A DNA stretch of 64,000 nucleotides, from assembly GCA_965116905.1 (NCBI GenBank), contig OZ220732.1:1504001-1568000 (forward strand), in the 5' to 3' direction. Shown here piece after piece: positions 38,902 to 47,981 of the stretch. Each line of letters begins with the position of its first letter. Position 1 is the stretch's first letter. The notes beneath the pieces were generated by a model. The model searched no databases and was not told where the DNA came from. It saw only the letters and a list, made by a program, of their open reading frames with translations. This stretch comes from Longimicrobiales bacterium. GTDB taxonomy: Bacteria; Gemmatimonadota; Gemmatimonadetes; Longimicrobiales; Gaopeijiaceae. A program made the translations under genes and the position numbers.

Positions 38902-40209
38902 TTGAACCACGACTACGACGCGATCATCATCGGCGCGGGCGTCATCGGCACCGCCACGGGCTTCGAACTCGCGAAGCGCGGCTACCGCACCCTCAACGTG
39001 GACAAGCAGCCGACCGCCGGCTCCGGCTCGACGTGCAACACCTGCGCGATCATCCGCCTGCACTACTCCACGCCCGACGGCTGCGCGATGGCCCGCGAGA
39101 GCTACTTCTACTGGCTCGACTGGGGCCGCTACCTGGGCGTGGCCGACGAGATGGGGCTGGCGAAGTACGTCAACACCGGATGCCTCGTCGTCAAGAACGA
39201 CCGCAACAGCAACCTGACGAACGTGATGGCCGCGCTCGACGAGCTGCACGTCGCCTACGAGGACCTCACCGCCGACGGGGTGCGCGCGCGCTTCCCCTGG
39301 ATCGACACCCGCACCTACGGCCCGCCGGTCACCACCGACGACGAGCGCTTCGGCGAGCCCACGGGCGGGGACATCCGCGGGGCCGTCTACATCCCCGAAT
39401 CCGGCTACATCGACGATCCCACCCTCGCGTGCCACAACCTGCAGCGGGCGAACGAGGCGCATGGCGGCGAGTACCGTTTCAAGGCCGAGGTTGTAGAGGT
39501 TTTGAAGAGCGGCGGCCGCGTCGCGGGAATCCGCCTCGCCGACGGCACCCGCATCCACGCGCCGGTGGTGGTGAATGTGGGCGGACCGCACTCGGCGATC
39601 ATCAACCGAATGGCCGGCGTTCTCGACGGCATGAACATCTCGACGCGCGCCCTCAAGCAGGAGGTGTGCTACGTCCCGGCCCCCGCCGGCATGGACTACA
39701 ACCAGCTCGCGCCGCTCATCTCCGACGGCGACATCGGGTGCTACTCGCGGCCGACCACCGGCAACCACATCCTGATCGGCTCCGAGGACCCGCCCTGCGA
39801 CGTGCTGGAGTGGGTGGAAGACCCGGACGACTACAACACCAACTTCACCCACCAGTGGGAGACGCAGGTCATGCGCGAGGCCCAGCGGCTGAAAGGCCTG
39901 GGGATCCCCGGTCAGACCGGCGGACTGGTCGACCTCTACGACGTATCCGACGACTGGATCCCGATCTACGACAAGTCCGACCTTCCCGGCTTCTATATGG
40001 CCGTGGGGACTTCGGGGAACCAGTTCAAGAACGCGCCGGTGGCGGGCAAGCTCATGGCCGAGTTGATCGAGCAGGTGGAGGGCGGCCGCGACCACGATGT
40101 CGACCCGGTGACAATGCCGCTCACGTACACCCGCAGGACCTGCGACATCGGGTTCTTCAGCCGCAGGAGGTCGCTGAATCCGGATTCGTCGTATTCCGTG
40201 ATCGGCTGA
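38902..40209 (+). CDS. FAD-dependent oxidoreductase (DAO / sarcosine oxidase beta-like)
   Basis: IIGAGVIG, GSGST, YDVSDDWIPI, GTSGNQFKNAP. Confidence 0.88.
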   Translation: MNHDYDAIIIGAGVIGTATGFELAKRGYRTLNVDKQPTAGSGSTCNTCAIIRLHYSTPDGCAMARESYFYWLDWGRYLGVADEMGLAKYVNTGCLVVKNDRNSNLTNVMAALDELHVAYEDLTADGVRARFPWIDTRTYGPPVTTDDERFGEPTGGDIRGAVYIPESGYIDDPTLACHNLQRANEAHGGEYRFKAEVVEVLKSGGRVAGIRLADGTRIHAPVVVNVGGPHSAIINRMAGVLDGMNISTRALKQEVCYVPAPAGMDYNQLAPLISDGDIGCYSRPTTGNHILIGSEDPPCDVLEWVEDPDDYNTNFTHQWETQVMREAQRLKGLGIPGQTGGLVDLYDVSDDWIPIYDKSDLPGFYMAVGTSGNQFKNAPVAGKLMAELIEQVEGGRDHDVDPVTMPLTYTRRTCDIGFFSRRRSLNPDSSYSVIG

Positions 40210-41484
40210 TGGATCCGGCCGAACGCGGGACGCGCCGCACCGGCGGGATGCCCCGCACCGGGATGCCGCTGGCTCCGACCCGGCCGTCTATGGCGCTCCG
40301 CACCGCTCAAGCGCCAATACGAAGTCGTCATCATCGGCGGCGGCATCCACGGACTCGCGACCGCCTACTACCTGGCGCGCACCCACGGAATAAGCGACGT
40401 CGCCGTGCTGGAGTCGCACTACCTCGGTTTCGGCGGCTCCGGACGGAACACCGCAATCGTTCGCGCCAACCAGCGAACGGCCGAGAACGTGCGGCTCTAC
40501 GACGAAGGGCTGAAGCTGTGGCCCGTCCTCACCAACGAGCTCGACTTCAACCTCATGTTCTTCAACTGCGGGACCCTCAACATCGGCCACAGCGAGGCCG
40601 CGATGAACGGGTTTCGCATGCAGGCCAGCACCCACAACCTCCTGGGCGTGAAGTCGGAGGTGCTCGATCCGCAGCAGTGCGCGGAGGTCATTCCCGGGCT
40701 CGACATCTCCGACCGGCTCGCGTTTCCGATCCACGGAGGCCTGTACCATCCGCCCGGCGGGATCGTGCGGCACGACGCGGTCGTGTGGGGTCTGGCGAAG
40801 GGGGCGAGCGCGCTCGGCGTGCACATCCACCAGGGGTGCGACGTGCAGGGGATCGATACCCGCAACGGCCGCGTGACCGGCGTCCGCACCAGCCTGGGAC
40901 CCATCGGGTGCAAGCGGCTGGGCATCATGGCGGGCGGATACGGTTCGGCGGTGGCCGCCATGCTGGGGATCGAGCTGCCCATCCACCCGCTCACGATCCA
41001 GGCGATGGTCACGCACCCCCTCAAGCCGTTTCTCCACCACGTCTTCAGTTCGGGCGCCTACCACGTCTACGCCAACCAGACGCTCAAGGGCGAGATCGCG
41101 ACCGGCGCCCACATGGATCCGCAGGTCAACTACACGACCGACGCGACCGCGTACTACCTCAAGCACCAGGCCGAGGCGCTCAGCGAACTCATGCCCGCGC
41201 TGCGCGGCGTGCGGTTCATGCGCATCTGGTCGGGCCTCGCCGACATGACCCCGGACATGGCGCCCATCATGGAGGGCGAACTGGGCTACGACGGGCTCTA
41301 CCTCGACGCCGGCTGGGGGTACTTCGGCTTCAAGTCGGGGCCGGTAGCGGGCAAGTACATGGCCGAATACATGTCGAGCGGCGAGCGGCCGGAGATCCTC
41401 AGGGCGTTTCAGCTGAAACGTTTCCTGGAGGGCCGCTACTCGGGCGAGACGGCGTCGGTCATGAAATACGGGCACTGGGACTGA
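40209..41484 (+). CDS. soxB: Sarcosine oxidase-family beta subunit; 5' end frameshifted
   Basis: LKRQYEVVIIGGGIHGLATAYYLA, SGRNTAIVRAN, DMTPD, GWGYFGFK; no in-frame start codon upstream of the FAD motif. Confidence 0.8.
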
Positions 41485-41492
41485 TGCGCGCG

Positions 41493-41550
41493 CGGCGACC
41501 GGCGGGGGCCCGGCGACCGGCGGGGGCCCGGCGACTGACGGGGGCCCGGC
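41493..41550 (+). repeat. 18-bp tandem repeat, 3 copies, between soxB and soxD
   Basis: CGGCGACCGGCGGGGGCC twice, then CGGCGACTGACGGGGGCC. Confidence 0.9.
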
Positions 41551-41551
41551 C

Positions 41552-41794
41552 ATGACCTTTCGACTCACCTGCCCCGTCTGCGGCAAGCGCGACGTGTACG
41601 AGTTCACCTTCGGCGGACAGGAGCGGGGTCCGCGGCCCGAGCAGGACGGGCTGAGCGCGGAGGAGCACTTCCGGTGGACGCAGTTCCGCCTGATCCCGAA
41701 CGAGCCGCAGGAGGAATGGTGGTATCACGGGCAGGGCTGCGGCGTGTGGTTCAAGACGACACGGGATCCGGGCACCAACCGGGAGGTCAGGTGA
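41552..41794 (+). CDS. soxD: Sarcosine oxidase-family delta subunit
   Basis: CPVCG.R...EF and WYHGQGC zinc ligands. Confidence 0.9.
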   Translation: MTFRLTCPVCGKRDVYEFTFGGQERGPRPEQDGLSAEEHFRWTQFRLIPNEPQEEWWYHGQGCGVWFKTTRDPGTNREVR

Positions 41795-44757
41795 GCCGCG
41801 GGCGTTCGGGGGGGAGCCGCCTGCCTCCGGGGCCCACGTGCCGCGTCGACTTCTCCCGCCCGCTCGAGTTCACCTTTCTGGACCGGGAGATGACCGGGTA
41901 CGCGGGCGACACCGTGGCCTCCGCGCTGTACGGCGCCGGGGTGCGGATCTTCGGGCGCAGCCTCAAGTACCATCGCCCCCGAGGCCTGTACAGCATGGAA
42001 GGCGAGTCGGCGAACACGCTGATGTCGATCGACGGGGTCCCGAACGAGTGCGCGGAGACCACGGCGCTCCGCGCGGGGATGGCGGTGGGGCCCCAGAACG
42101 TGCGCGGCGACCCCGGGAGGGATCGCTTCGGCTTCCTCGACGCGTTCGACCGATTGATGCCGGCGGGATTCTACTACCATCTCTTCCATCGTCCGCAGTT
42201 CCTCTGGCCGCTGTTCCAGTCCGGTCTCAGGCGGATGGCGGGCACCGGGGTTCTCGATCCGCAGGGGGACTACGGGAACGGGGTTCGGGCCGAGCGCTAC
42301 CTGAACGCCGACGTGGTGGTGATCGGGGGCGGTCCGGCGGGCATGGCGGCGGCGCTCGCGGCCGGCGAGAGCGGGCTCAGGGTCTGTCTCTTCGAGCGGC
42401 GCAACCAGCTGGGCGGACACCTGGCCTGGCGGGTTCGGGACTTCGAAGGCGAGCCCCTGTACCGGCGAGCCGAGGCGCTTGCCGCCCGGGTGCGGGCCGC
42501 GGAGCATGTGAAAGTTTTCACAAGCTCGCTGGCCACCGGCATCTGGGGGGAGAACCTGGTGACGGGATTCACGGTGGGCACGGAGGACGACCCCTTTCGG
42601 GAATGCCACTGGGAATGCCGGGCGGGGACGGTGGTGGTCGCCGCCGGGTGCATGGACAGGCCGCTCGTGTTCAACCACAACGACCGTCCCGGCGTGATGC
42701 AGGTCGGCACGGCGTGGCGACTGGCGCGCACGTACGGGGTTCGCCCGGGCAAGTCGGTTGCATTCAGCGTGGCCGACGACCTGGGCCTCGAGGCAGCGAT
42801 CGATCTGGACGATATGGGCGTTCGAGTCCGGTTCATTGCGGACGCCCGCGAGTCCGGATCACAGGATCCGAAGATCTTTCAGTCCCTCAGCGACCGCGCG
42901 ATCCCCTTCTTCCCGGGGTGCGCCGTCTCTCGGGCGGTGGGTGGGAAGCGTGTGAGGGGCTGCGTCCTTCGCTCTCTCAAGGGCCGCGGGTCCCGCCGCT
43001 TCCGTTGTGACCTGCTGGTCGCGAACGGGGGGATGCAGCCCCGGATCGGGACCCTCGCGACGGCCAACGCCCGGCTCGCGTACTGCCCGCACACCCACGG
43101 ATACCAGCCCACCGATCTGCCGCCGGGAGTATTCGTGGCGGGAAGCATGACGGGGCTGCGCGATCCGCGTTCCATCGAAGCCTCCGGGCGGGTTGCCGGC
43201 TACGGAGCGGCGGGGTGGTGCGGGGACCGGGACAAGGGTGGTGTGCGGGCCGCCGAGGCCGCCGTGCGGGAGGCGAAAGCCCTGCCCGGCCCGCCAGCCG
43301 GCTGCGGGATCATCCATGCCCCCGCGATCGGCCGCGGCGCGAAGGCGTTCGTCGATCTCGACGAGGACGGCACCTACAAGAACGTGAAGGAGTCGATGGC
43401 CCGGGGGCTGGACGTGCCGGAGCTGGCCAAGCGCTTTGCCGGTTTCGGGCTTGGACCGGGCCAGTACCGGGTCGCGGGCCAGAACCTGGCGATGATCATG
43501 GCCGACCTGAAGGGCGACTCGGTGGAGACGGCGCGTGCGACCACCGTGCGCCCGCCGCTGGGCGCGCCAAGCATCGCGACACTGGCGGGGCCGGGCCACG
43601 ATGTGCACAAGCGGACGCCGGTGCACGCCGAACAGGCGCGGCAAGGGGCGACGTTCCGCCGTGCGGGGTCCTGGCAGCGGGCCCGCCACTTCGGCGACGA
43701 TCCGTCCTGCCGCGAGGAGATCCGGAACGTGCGCACCAACGTCGGCATCCTCGACAGTTCGCCGCTCGGCAAGTTCCGTATCCACGGCCCGGACGCGCTG
43801 AAGGCGCTGCAGCGGGTCTACATATCCGACATGAGCAAGGCCCGCCCGGGCTATTGCAAGTACTCGGCGATGTGCAACGACATGGGCCAGCTCATGGACG
43901 ACGGTGTCGTCGTTGCTGAAGGCCCGAACGACTACTACTTCACGACCAGTTCGGCGCGCGCGGGGGCGACCGTGGAATGGTTCCGCTTCCACACCCGACA
44001 CGAGGGCTGGGACTACAACCTCGTCAACCTCACCGACGTGCTGGGCTCGCTCAACATCGCCGGGCCCCATGCGCGCAAGGTGCTGGAGCGGGTTACCGGC
44101 GACAACGTCTCGAACGAGGCGTTTCCATACCTGGCGTGCCGGCGGATCACCGTCGGCGACGGGATCGAGGCGCGCTGCTTGCGGCTCGGATTCGTGGGCG
44201 AACTGTCCTTCGAGCTGCACGCGCCGGCGAGTTGCGTCCCGTACCTGTGGGATCTGCTGATGGAGGCGGGGGCCGACTTCCGGGTCCGGCCGTTCGGTCT
44301 GGAGGCACAGAACTGTCTGCGAGCCGAGAAGGGGCACGTGATCATCGGGACGGAGTCGGAGCAGCGCGTCACCCTGACGGACATCGGGATGGGGTGGATG
44401 TGGGACCGCGACGACACGGCCTCGAAGAAGGTGGGCGCTCCCGCGCTGCGGGCCTGCGAGCGGCAGCCGGGCCGCTTGAAGCTGGTAGGACTCCGGGTGG
44501 AGGAAGGGGGGGACGCTCCCGAGGACGGGACGCTGGTGGTGGACGGGGAGAAGATCGTGGGATACGTGTGCACGACGCGCAGCAGCGAGGCGCTGGGGTG
44601 GCAATACGGCCTGGCGCTTGTGCACAGGGAGCATGCCTTTCCGGGGCGGCGGATCCATCTCTGCCACGAGGAGACGCCGGGAGAGCGTGTGACTTCCACC
44701 GCCTTCGTGATATCGCCGCACTTCTACGACCCCCGGGGACAGAGACTGCGCTCATGA
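41791..44757 (+). CDS. soxA: Sarcosine oxidase-family alpha subunit
   Basis: GDTVASAL, RSLKYHRPRG, IGGGPAG, TTVRPP, GcvT-like C-terminus (GFVGELSFE, LRAEKG). Confidence 0.9.
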   Translation: MSRGRSGGSRLPPGPTCRVDFSRPLEFTFLDREMTGYAGDTVASALYGAGVRIFGRSLKYHRPRGLYSMEGESANTLMSIDGVPNECAETTALRAGMAVGPQNVRGDPGRDRFGFLDAFDRLMPAGFYYHLFHRPQFLWPLFQSGLRRMAGTGVLDPQGDYGNGVRAERYLNADVVVIGGGPAGMAAALAAGESGLRVCLFERRNQLGGHLAWRVRDFEGEPLYRRAEALAARVRAAEHVKVFTSSLATGIWGENLVTGFTVGTEDDPFRECHWECRAGTVVVAAGCMDRPLVFNHNDRPGVMQVGTAWRLARTYGVRPGKSVAFSVADDLGLEAAIDLDDMGVRVRFIADARESGSQDPKIFQSLSDRAIPFFPGCAVSRAVGGKRVRGCVLRSLKGRGSRRFRCDLLVANGGMQPRIGTLATANARLAYCPHTHGYQPTDLPPGVFVAGSMTGLRDPRSIEASGRVAGYGAAGWCGDRDKGGVRAAEAAVREAKALPGPPAGCGIIHAPAIGRGAKAFVDLDEDGTYKNVKESMARGLDVPELAKRFAGFGLGPGQYRVAGQNLAMIMADLKGDSVETARATTVRPPLGAPSIATLAGPGHDVHKRTPVHAEQARQGATFRRAGSWQRARHFGDDPSCREEIRNVRTNVGILDSSPLGKFRIHGPDALKALQRVYISDMSKARPGYCKYSAMCNDMGQLMDDGVVVAEGPNDYYFTTSSARAGATVEWFRFHTRHEGWDYNLVNLTDVLGSLNIAGPHARKVLERVTGDNVSNEAFPYLACRRITVGDGIEARCLRLGFVGELSFELHAPASCVPYLWDLLMEAGADFRVRPFGLEAQNCLRAEKGHVIIGTESEQRVTLTDIGMGWMWDRDDTASKKVGAPALRACERQPGRLKLVGLRVEEGGDAPEDGTLVVDGEKIVGYVCTTRSSEALGWQYGLALVHREHAFPGRRIHLCHEETPGERVTSTAFVISPHFYDPRGQRLRS

Positions 44758-45467
44758 CGCCCCATTCCTCCGGCGGTCCCGGCGTTCCCGGCGGTCCCGG
44801 CCGTCCCCCGGCCTTCCGCCGCTCGCCCTGCTCGTTTGGCGCGAAGCCCGCCGAGACCGAGGTGCGCGACGGCTGGGAGGTCGTCCTGCGCTATGAGGGC
44901 GAGGGTGGCCACTCCGGTCGCGAGGACGGCCATCCAGGAGCGGGTCCCTGGCTCGTCGACCTCAGCCACCGGCGGCGCTGGGACTTTCAGGACGGCGGCG
45001 TGGCGGGCCTGAGGCCGATGGGGTTGCCCGTTCCAGAGGGATTCGGCCAGGTGGGCGTGCACCAGGGCCTCGTCATCAACCGCATGAACCGTACGCAGGT
45101 CGCGATCTGGCACCTGGGAGCGGCGCCGGCGCCGGACACGCCCGCGGAAACCGGCTTCACGGAGGTCACCGACGGACACTGCATGCTGGCCTTCGTCGGC
45201 GACGGGGTCCCCGAAGTCCTGGAACACCTGACGTCCCTGGACCTCTTCGACCCGGCCCGCGACATGCCCTTCCTCACCCAGGGACCCGTGCTGCATGTGC
45301 CCTGCCAGGTGGTGACCTTCGCCCCCGACCTCGTCGTGATGACCCTGGCCCGCGGCTACGGCGAGACGTTCGCGGAGGCGGTGCTGGGGGCGGGAGGGAT
45401 CGCCGGGCTGAGGCCGGGGGGTGAGCGGGTGTTCGGGCGGGTGTTCGGGCGGGTATTTGGGGGGTGA
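44754..45467 (+). CDS. soxG: Sarcosine oxidase-family gamma subunit
   Basis: Position after soxA with ATGA overlap; LVDLSHR, EVTDG, LTSLDL, ARGYG. Confidence 0.7.
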   Translation: MTPHSSGGPGVPGGPGRPPAFRRSPCSFGAKPAETEVRDGWEVVLRYEGEGGHSGREDGHPGAGPWLVDLSHRRRWDFQDGGVAGLRPMGLPVPEGFGQVGVHQGLVINRMNRTQVAIWHLGAAPAPDTPAETGFTEVTDGHCMLAFVGDGVPEVLEHLTSLDLFDPARDMPFLTQGPVLHVPCQVVTFAPDLVVMTLARGYGETFAEAVLGAGGIAGLRPGGERVFGRVFGRVFGG

Positions 45468-45516
45468 AACGTTTCAGGTGAAACGCTGACCCCCGGCAAT
45501 CCCGCCAGCCGCCAGC

Positions 45517-47841
45517 CTACGGAATCACTTCCCGCTCCCGCCCCGTCAGCCCCAGCAGGTGCTCCTGGAAGTAGCGCCGCCGGGCCGCGTCCGTGAACGC
45601 CGCGCTCTGGCCGGTGAACCAGTGCGGCTGCTCCGGCACCACGATCAGGTCGTGCGGCTTTCCGGCCCGGATCAGCGCCTCGACCAGCTTCATCGTGGCC
45701 GAGAATGTGGCGTTGACGTCGCTGGTCCCATGGATCAGCAGCAGCTTCGCCTCGAGCTGGTCGGCGAGGCGCAGGCTTGACCCGTAGTCGTAGCCCTCGG
45801 GGTTCTCCCAGGGCCGGTCCATGTAGGGTTCGATGGCCCACGCGTTCTGGTCGTGGATGTCGTAGACGCCGTTCACCGCGACGCCGACGTCATAGAAGTC
45901 GGGCTCGAGCACGAGCGCCCGCACGGTCATGTATCCGCCCCATGAACCGCCGTGGATCCCGACGCGGTCGAGGTCCATCCATGGTCGGGTGGCCGCGGCG
46001 TTCTCCATCGCAGCCCGGTGGTCGGGGATCTCGTTGCGGCCGAAGTTGCGGTAGGCCACGTCCTGAAACGCCTTGCCGCGCTCCGTGGTGCCGCGCCCGT
46101 CGACCATGAACACGACGAAGCCCAGTTGCGCCAACGCAGCCTGGCTCAGGCCGCGCCCGTCGGTGAACGTCTTCGGGACCCAGCTGATGAAGGGACCGTT
46201 GTAGATGTAGTCGATGACCGGATAGCTGTGGGCGGGGTCGAAGTCGTGCGGCTTGTAGATCACTCCGTACAGGTCGGTCTCGCCGTCGGCTGCCTTGACG
46301 ACGAACTCCTCGGGGGGGATCCAGCCGAGCTCGTCCAGCGCGCTCACGTCGGCCTCGGTCACGAGGTGCACGAACTCTCCGTCCGCCGTGCGCACCTCCG
46401 TGCGGGGTGGGCGGCTGGTGCTGGAATGCGTGTCGACGATGTATGCGCCGTTCGGCGACACCGTGGCGCTGTGCTGACCCTCTCCTTCCGTGAGGCGGAC
46501 CACGTCCCCGCCGTCGAGCGAGATGCGGTAGAGGTGCGTGTCGTACGGCCTCTCCTCCTCCATGTGTCCGGTGAAGTAGACGTGTCCCGCGGCCTGTTCG
46601 ACGTGAACGATCCCGAGCACCGGCCACTCGCCGGCGGTGAGCCTGCGGATGAGCCGGCCGTCCATCCCGTACAGGTAGATGTGGTCCCAGCCGTCGCGCT
46701 CGCTGATCCAGAGGAAGCGCTCGCCATCCGCGAGCGGACGGGCCAACGCGCGCCACGACGGCGAGGTGCTGATCCCCTTGATGAAGGTGGGCTGCGTCTC
46801 TTCCAGCACGACGCGGGTGTCGCCCGTGGCGGGGTCGGCGGCGACGAGGTGCAGCGTCTCGTAGCTTCGGAACATCCGCAGGAACAGGTACGCCGACCCG
46901 TCCGGCAGCCACCCGACAGGGCTCAGGATCTGCTCGTCCTCTCCGACGTCGACCTGGACCGCGCGGCGCCCGACGACGTCCACGATGTGCAGTTCCTGGC
47001 GCGGCATCGGATTGCCGGCCTTCGCGTACGGCGCGTACTCGACTTCCTCCGTCTGCTTCAGCCAGTGCAGGATCGGCACCCGTTCCATGTGGCGGCTGTC
47101 CTGTTTCATGGCGGCGACCCGCGCCCCGTCCGGAGCCCACATCGCGCCCTCGACGCTCCACGCGTAGTCCTCCTCGCCGTCTTCCATGACCGGATGCTCA
47201 CGGCCGTCGAAGGTCGCGCGCGCCCAGAGGCCGTGGTCCTTCTCGGTGAGCAGCCAGCGGCCGTCCGGCGAGGGGACCTCCATGACCGCGGGCGCCCCGC
47301 TGGTGAAGCCCTCGCGCACGACCCGGGGAGCCGCGCGCGCCGCGGCCTCGGATTCCGCAGCCGGCCGGGGGGTGACCGTGTAGCTGTCGAGATCGAGTTC
47401 GAAGGCGCGGTCCTCCACCGTGAACTGCACGATGCGCTCGCCCTGGCCCGCGCCCTCGCCCGCGAACGTGAAGCTGTCGAAGGGGAGGCCCGCGTACGGC
47501 GGCTCATGCCCCAGCGCGGGGGTCAGCGCCTCGCGAAGCCGTTCCGTGTCGAAGAGGGGCTCGGTGACGCCGGCGGCGGGATCGGTGCGTTGGATCACCG
47601 TCTGGTCGGGCTGTCCCTCGGCGAACCAGAAGCTCTGGCCGTCCGCCATCCAGTTGACGGCGCACGCGGCCGCACCCAGGGGCCCGGCGTCCGGACAGAT
47701 CACCCCGCCCTCGATCAGACTCGGGATCGCCATGTAGCGAGCGTACATCTCGTCCCGCTCCGGGTCGAGCGATTCCTGGGCGGCGGCGGTGGCCGGCACG
47801 AGAGCGCCGAAAAGAGCGAGGAAACAGGCGGCGAGGCGCAT
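45517..47841 (-). CDS. S9B dipeptidyl peptidase IV-like, exported
   Basis: DPPIV N-terminal propeller; GGSWGG, HGTSD, QPH catalytic triad motifs. Confidence 0.9.
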   Translation of the reverse strand: MRLAACFLALFGALVPATAAAQESLDPERDEMYARYMAIPSLIEGGVICPDAGPLGAAACAVNWMADGQSFWFAEGQPDQTVIQRTDPAAGVTEPLFDTERLREALTPALGHEPPYAGLPFDSFTFAGEGAGQGERIVQFTVEDRAFELDLDSYTVTPRPAAESEAAARAAPRVVREGFTSGAPAVMEVPSPDGRWLLTEKDHGLWARATFDGREHPVMEDGEEDYAWSVEGAMWAPDGARVAAMKQDSRHMERVPILHWLKQTEEVEYAPYAKAGNPMPRQELHIVDVVGRRAVQVDVGEDEQILSPVGWLPDGSAYLFLRMFRSYETLHLVAADPATGDTRVVLEETQPTFIKGISTSPSWRALARPLADGERFLWISERDGWDHIYLYGMDGRLIRRLTAGEWPVLGIVHVEQAAGHVYFTGHMEEERPYDTHLYRISLDGGDVVRLTEGEGQHSATVSPNGAYIVDTHSSTSRPPRTEVRTADGEFVHLVTEADVSALDELGWIPPEEFVVKAADGETDLYGVIYKPHDFDPAHSYPVIDYIYNGPFISWVPKTFTDGRGLSQAALAQLGFVVFMVDGRGTTERGKAFQDVAYRNFGRNEIPDHRAAMENAAATRPWMDLDRVGIHGGSWGGYMTVRALVLEPDFYDVGVAVNGVYDIHDQNAWAIEPYMDRPWENPEGYDYGSSLRLADQLEAKLLLIHGTSDVNATFSATMKLVEALIRAGKPHDLIVVPEQPHWFTGQSAAFTDAARRRYFQEHLLGLTGREREVIP

Positions 47842-47981
47842 GACTGGACTCCAGGTGGACGACAAACGGCAGGAAGGGTCTGGTTCAGAACCCAGCCCGA
47901 AGTCACTATATCGGCGACGTGGTCGCTCAACCAGCCACGCCCCCATCCACTTGCGCCTGCATGACAGCCACCGAGGTCACA

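Noticed and set aside
36778..40095. A 1105-aa single protein
   Set aside because: The first 429 codons are mostly antisense to the flavoprotein gene; the real gene starts at the signal peptide near 38808.
40207..40209. Selenocysteine at the in-frame TGA
   Set aside because: It lies at a normal C-terminus, not a catalytic Cys position, and I could not identify a SECIS.
45465..45476. TGAAACGTTTCA as a LacI-type operator
   Set aside because: It lies between convergent 3' ends with no promoter or LacI gene nearby, so chance is plausible.
1090..47964. Many long antisense or alternative-frame ORFs (e.g. 1090-2475, 3742-5913, 36661-38877, 38793-41555, 45952-47964)
   Set aside because: They are shadow ORFs of motif-bearing genes, Arg/Pro/Gly-rich with no recognisable motifs, as expected at high GC.
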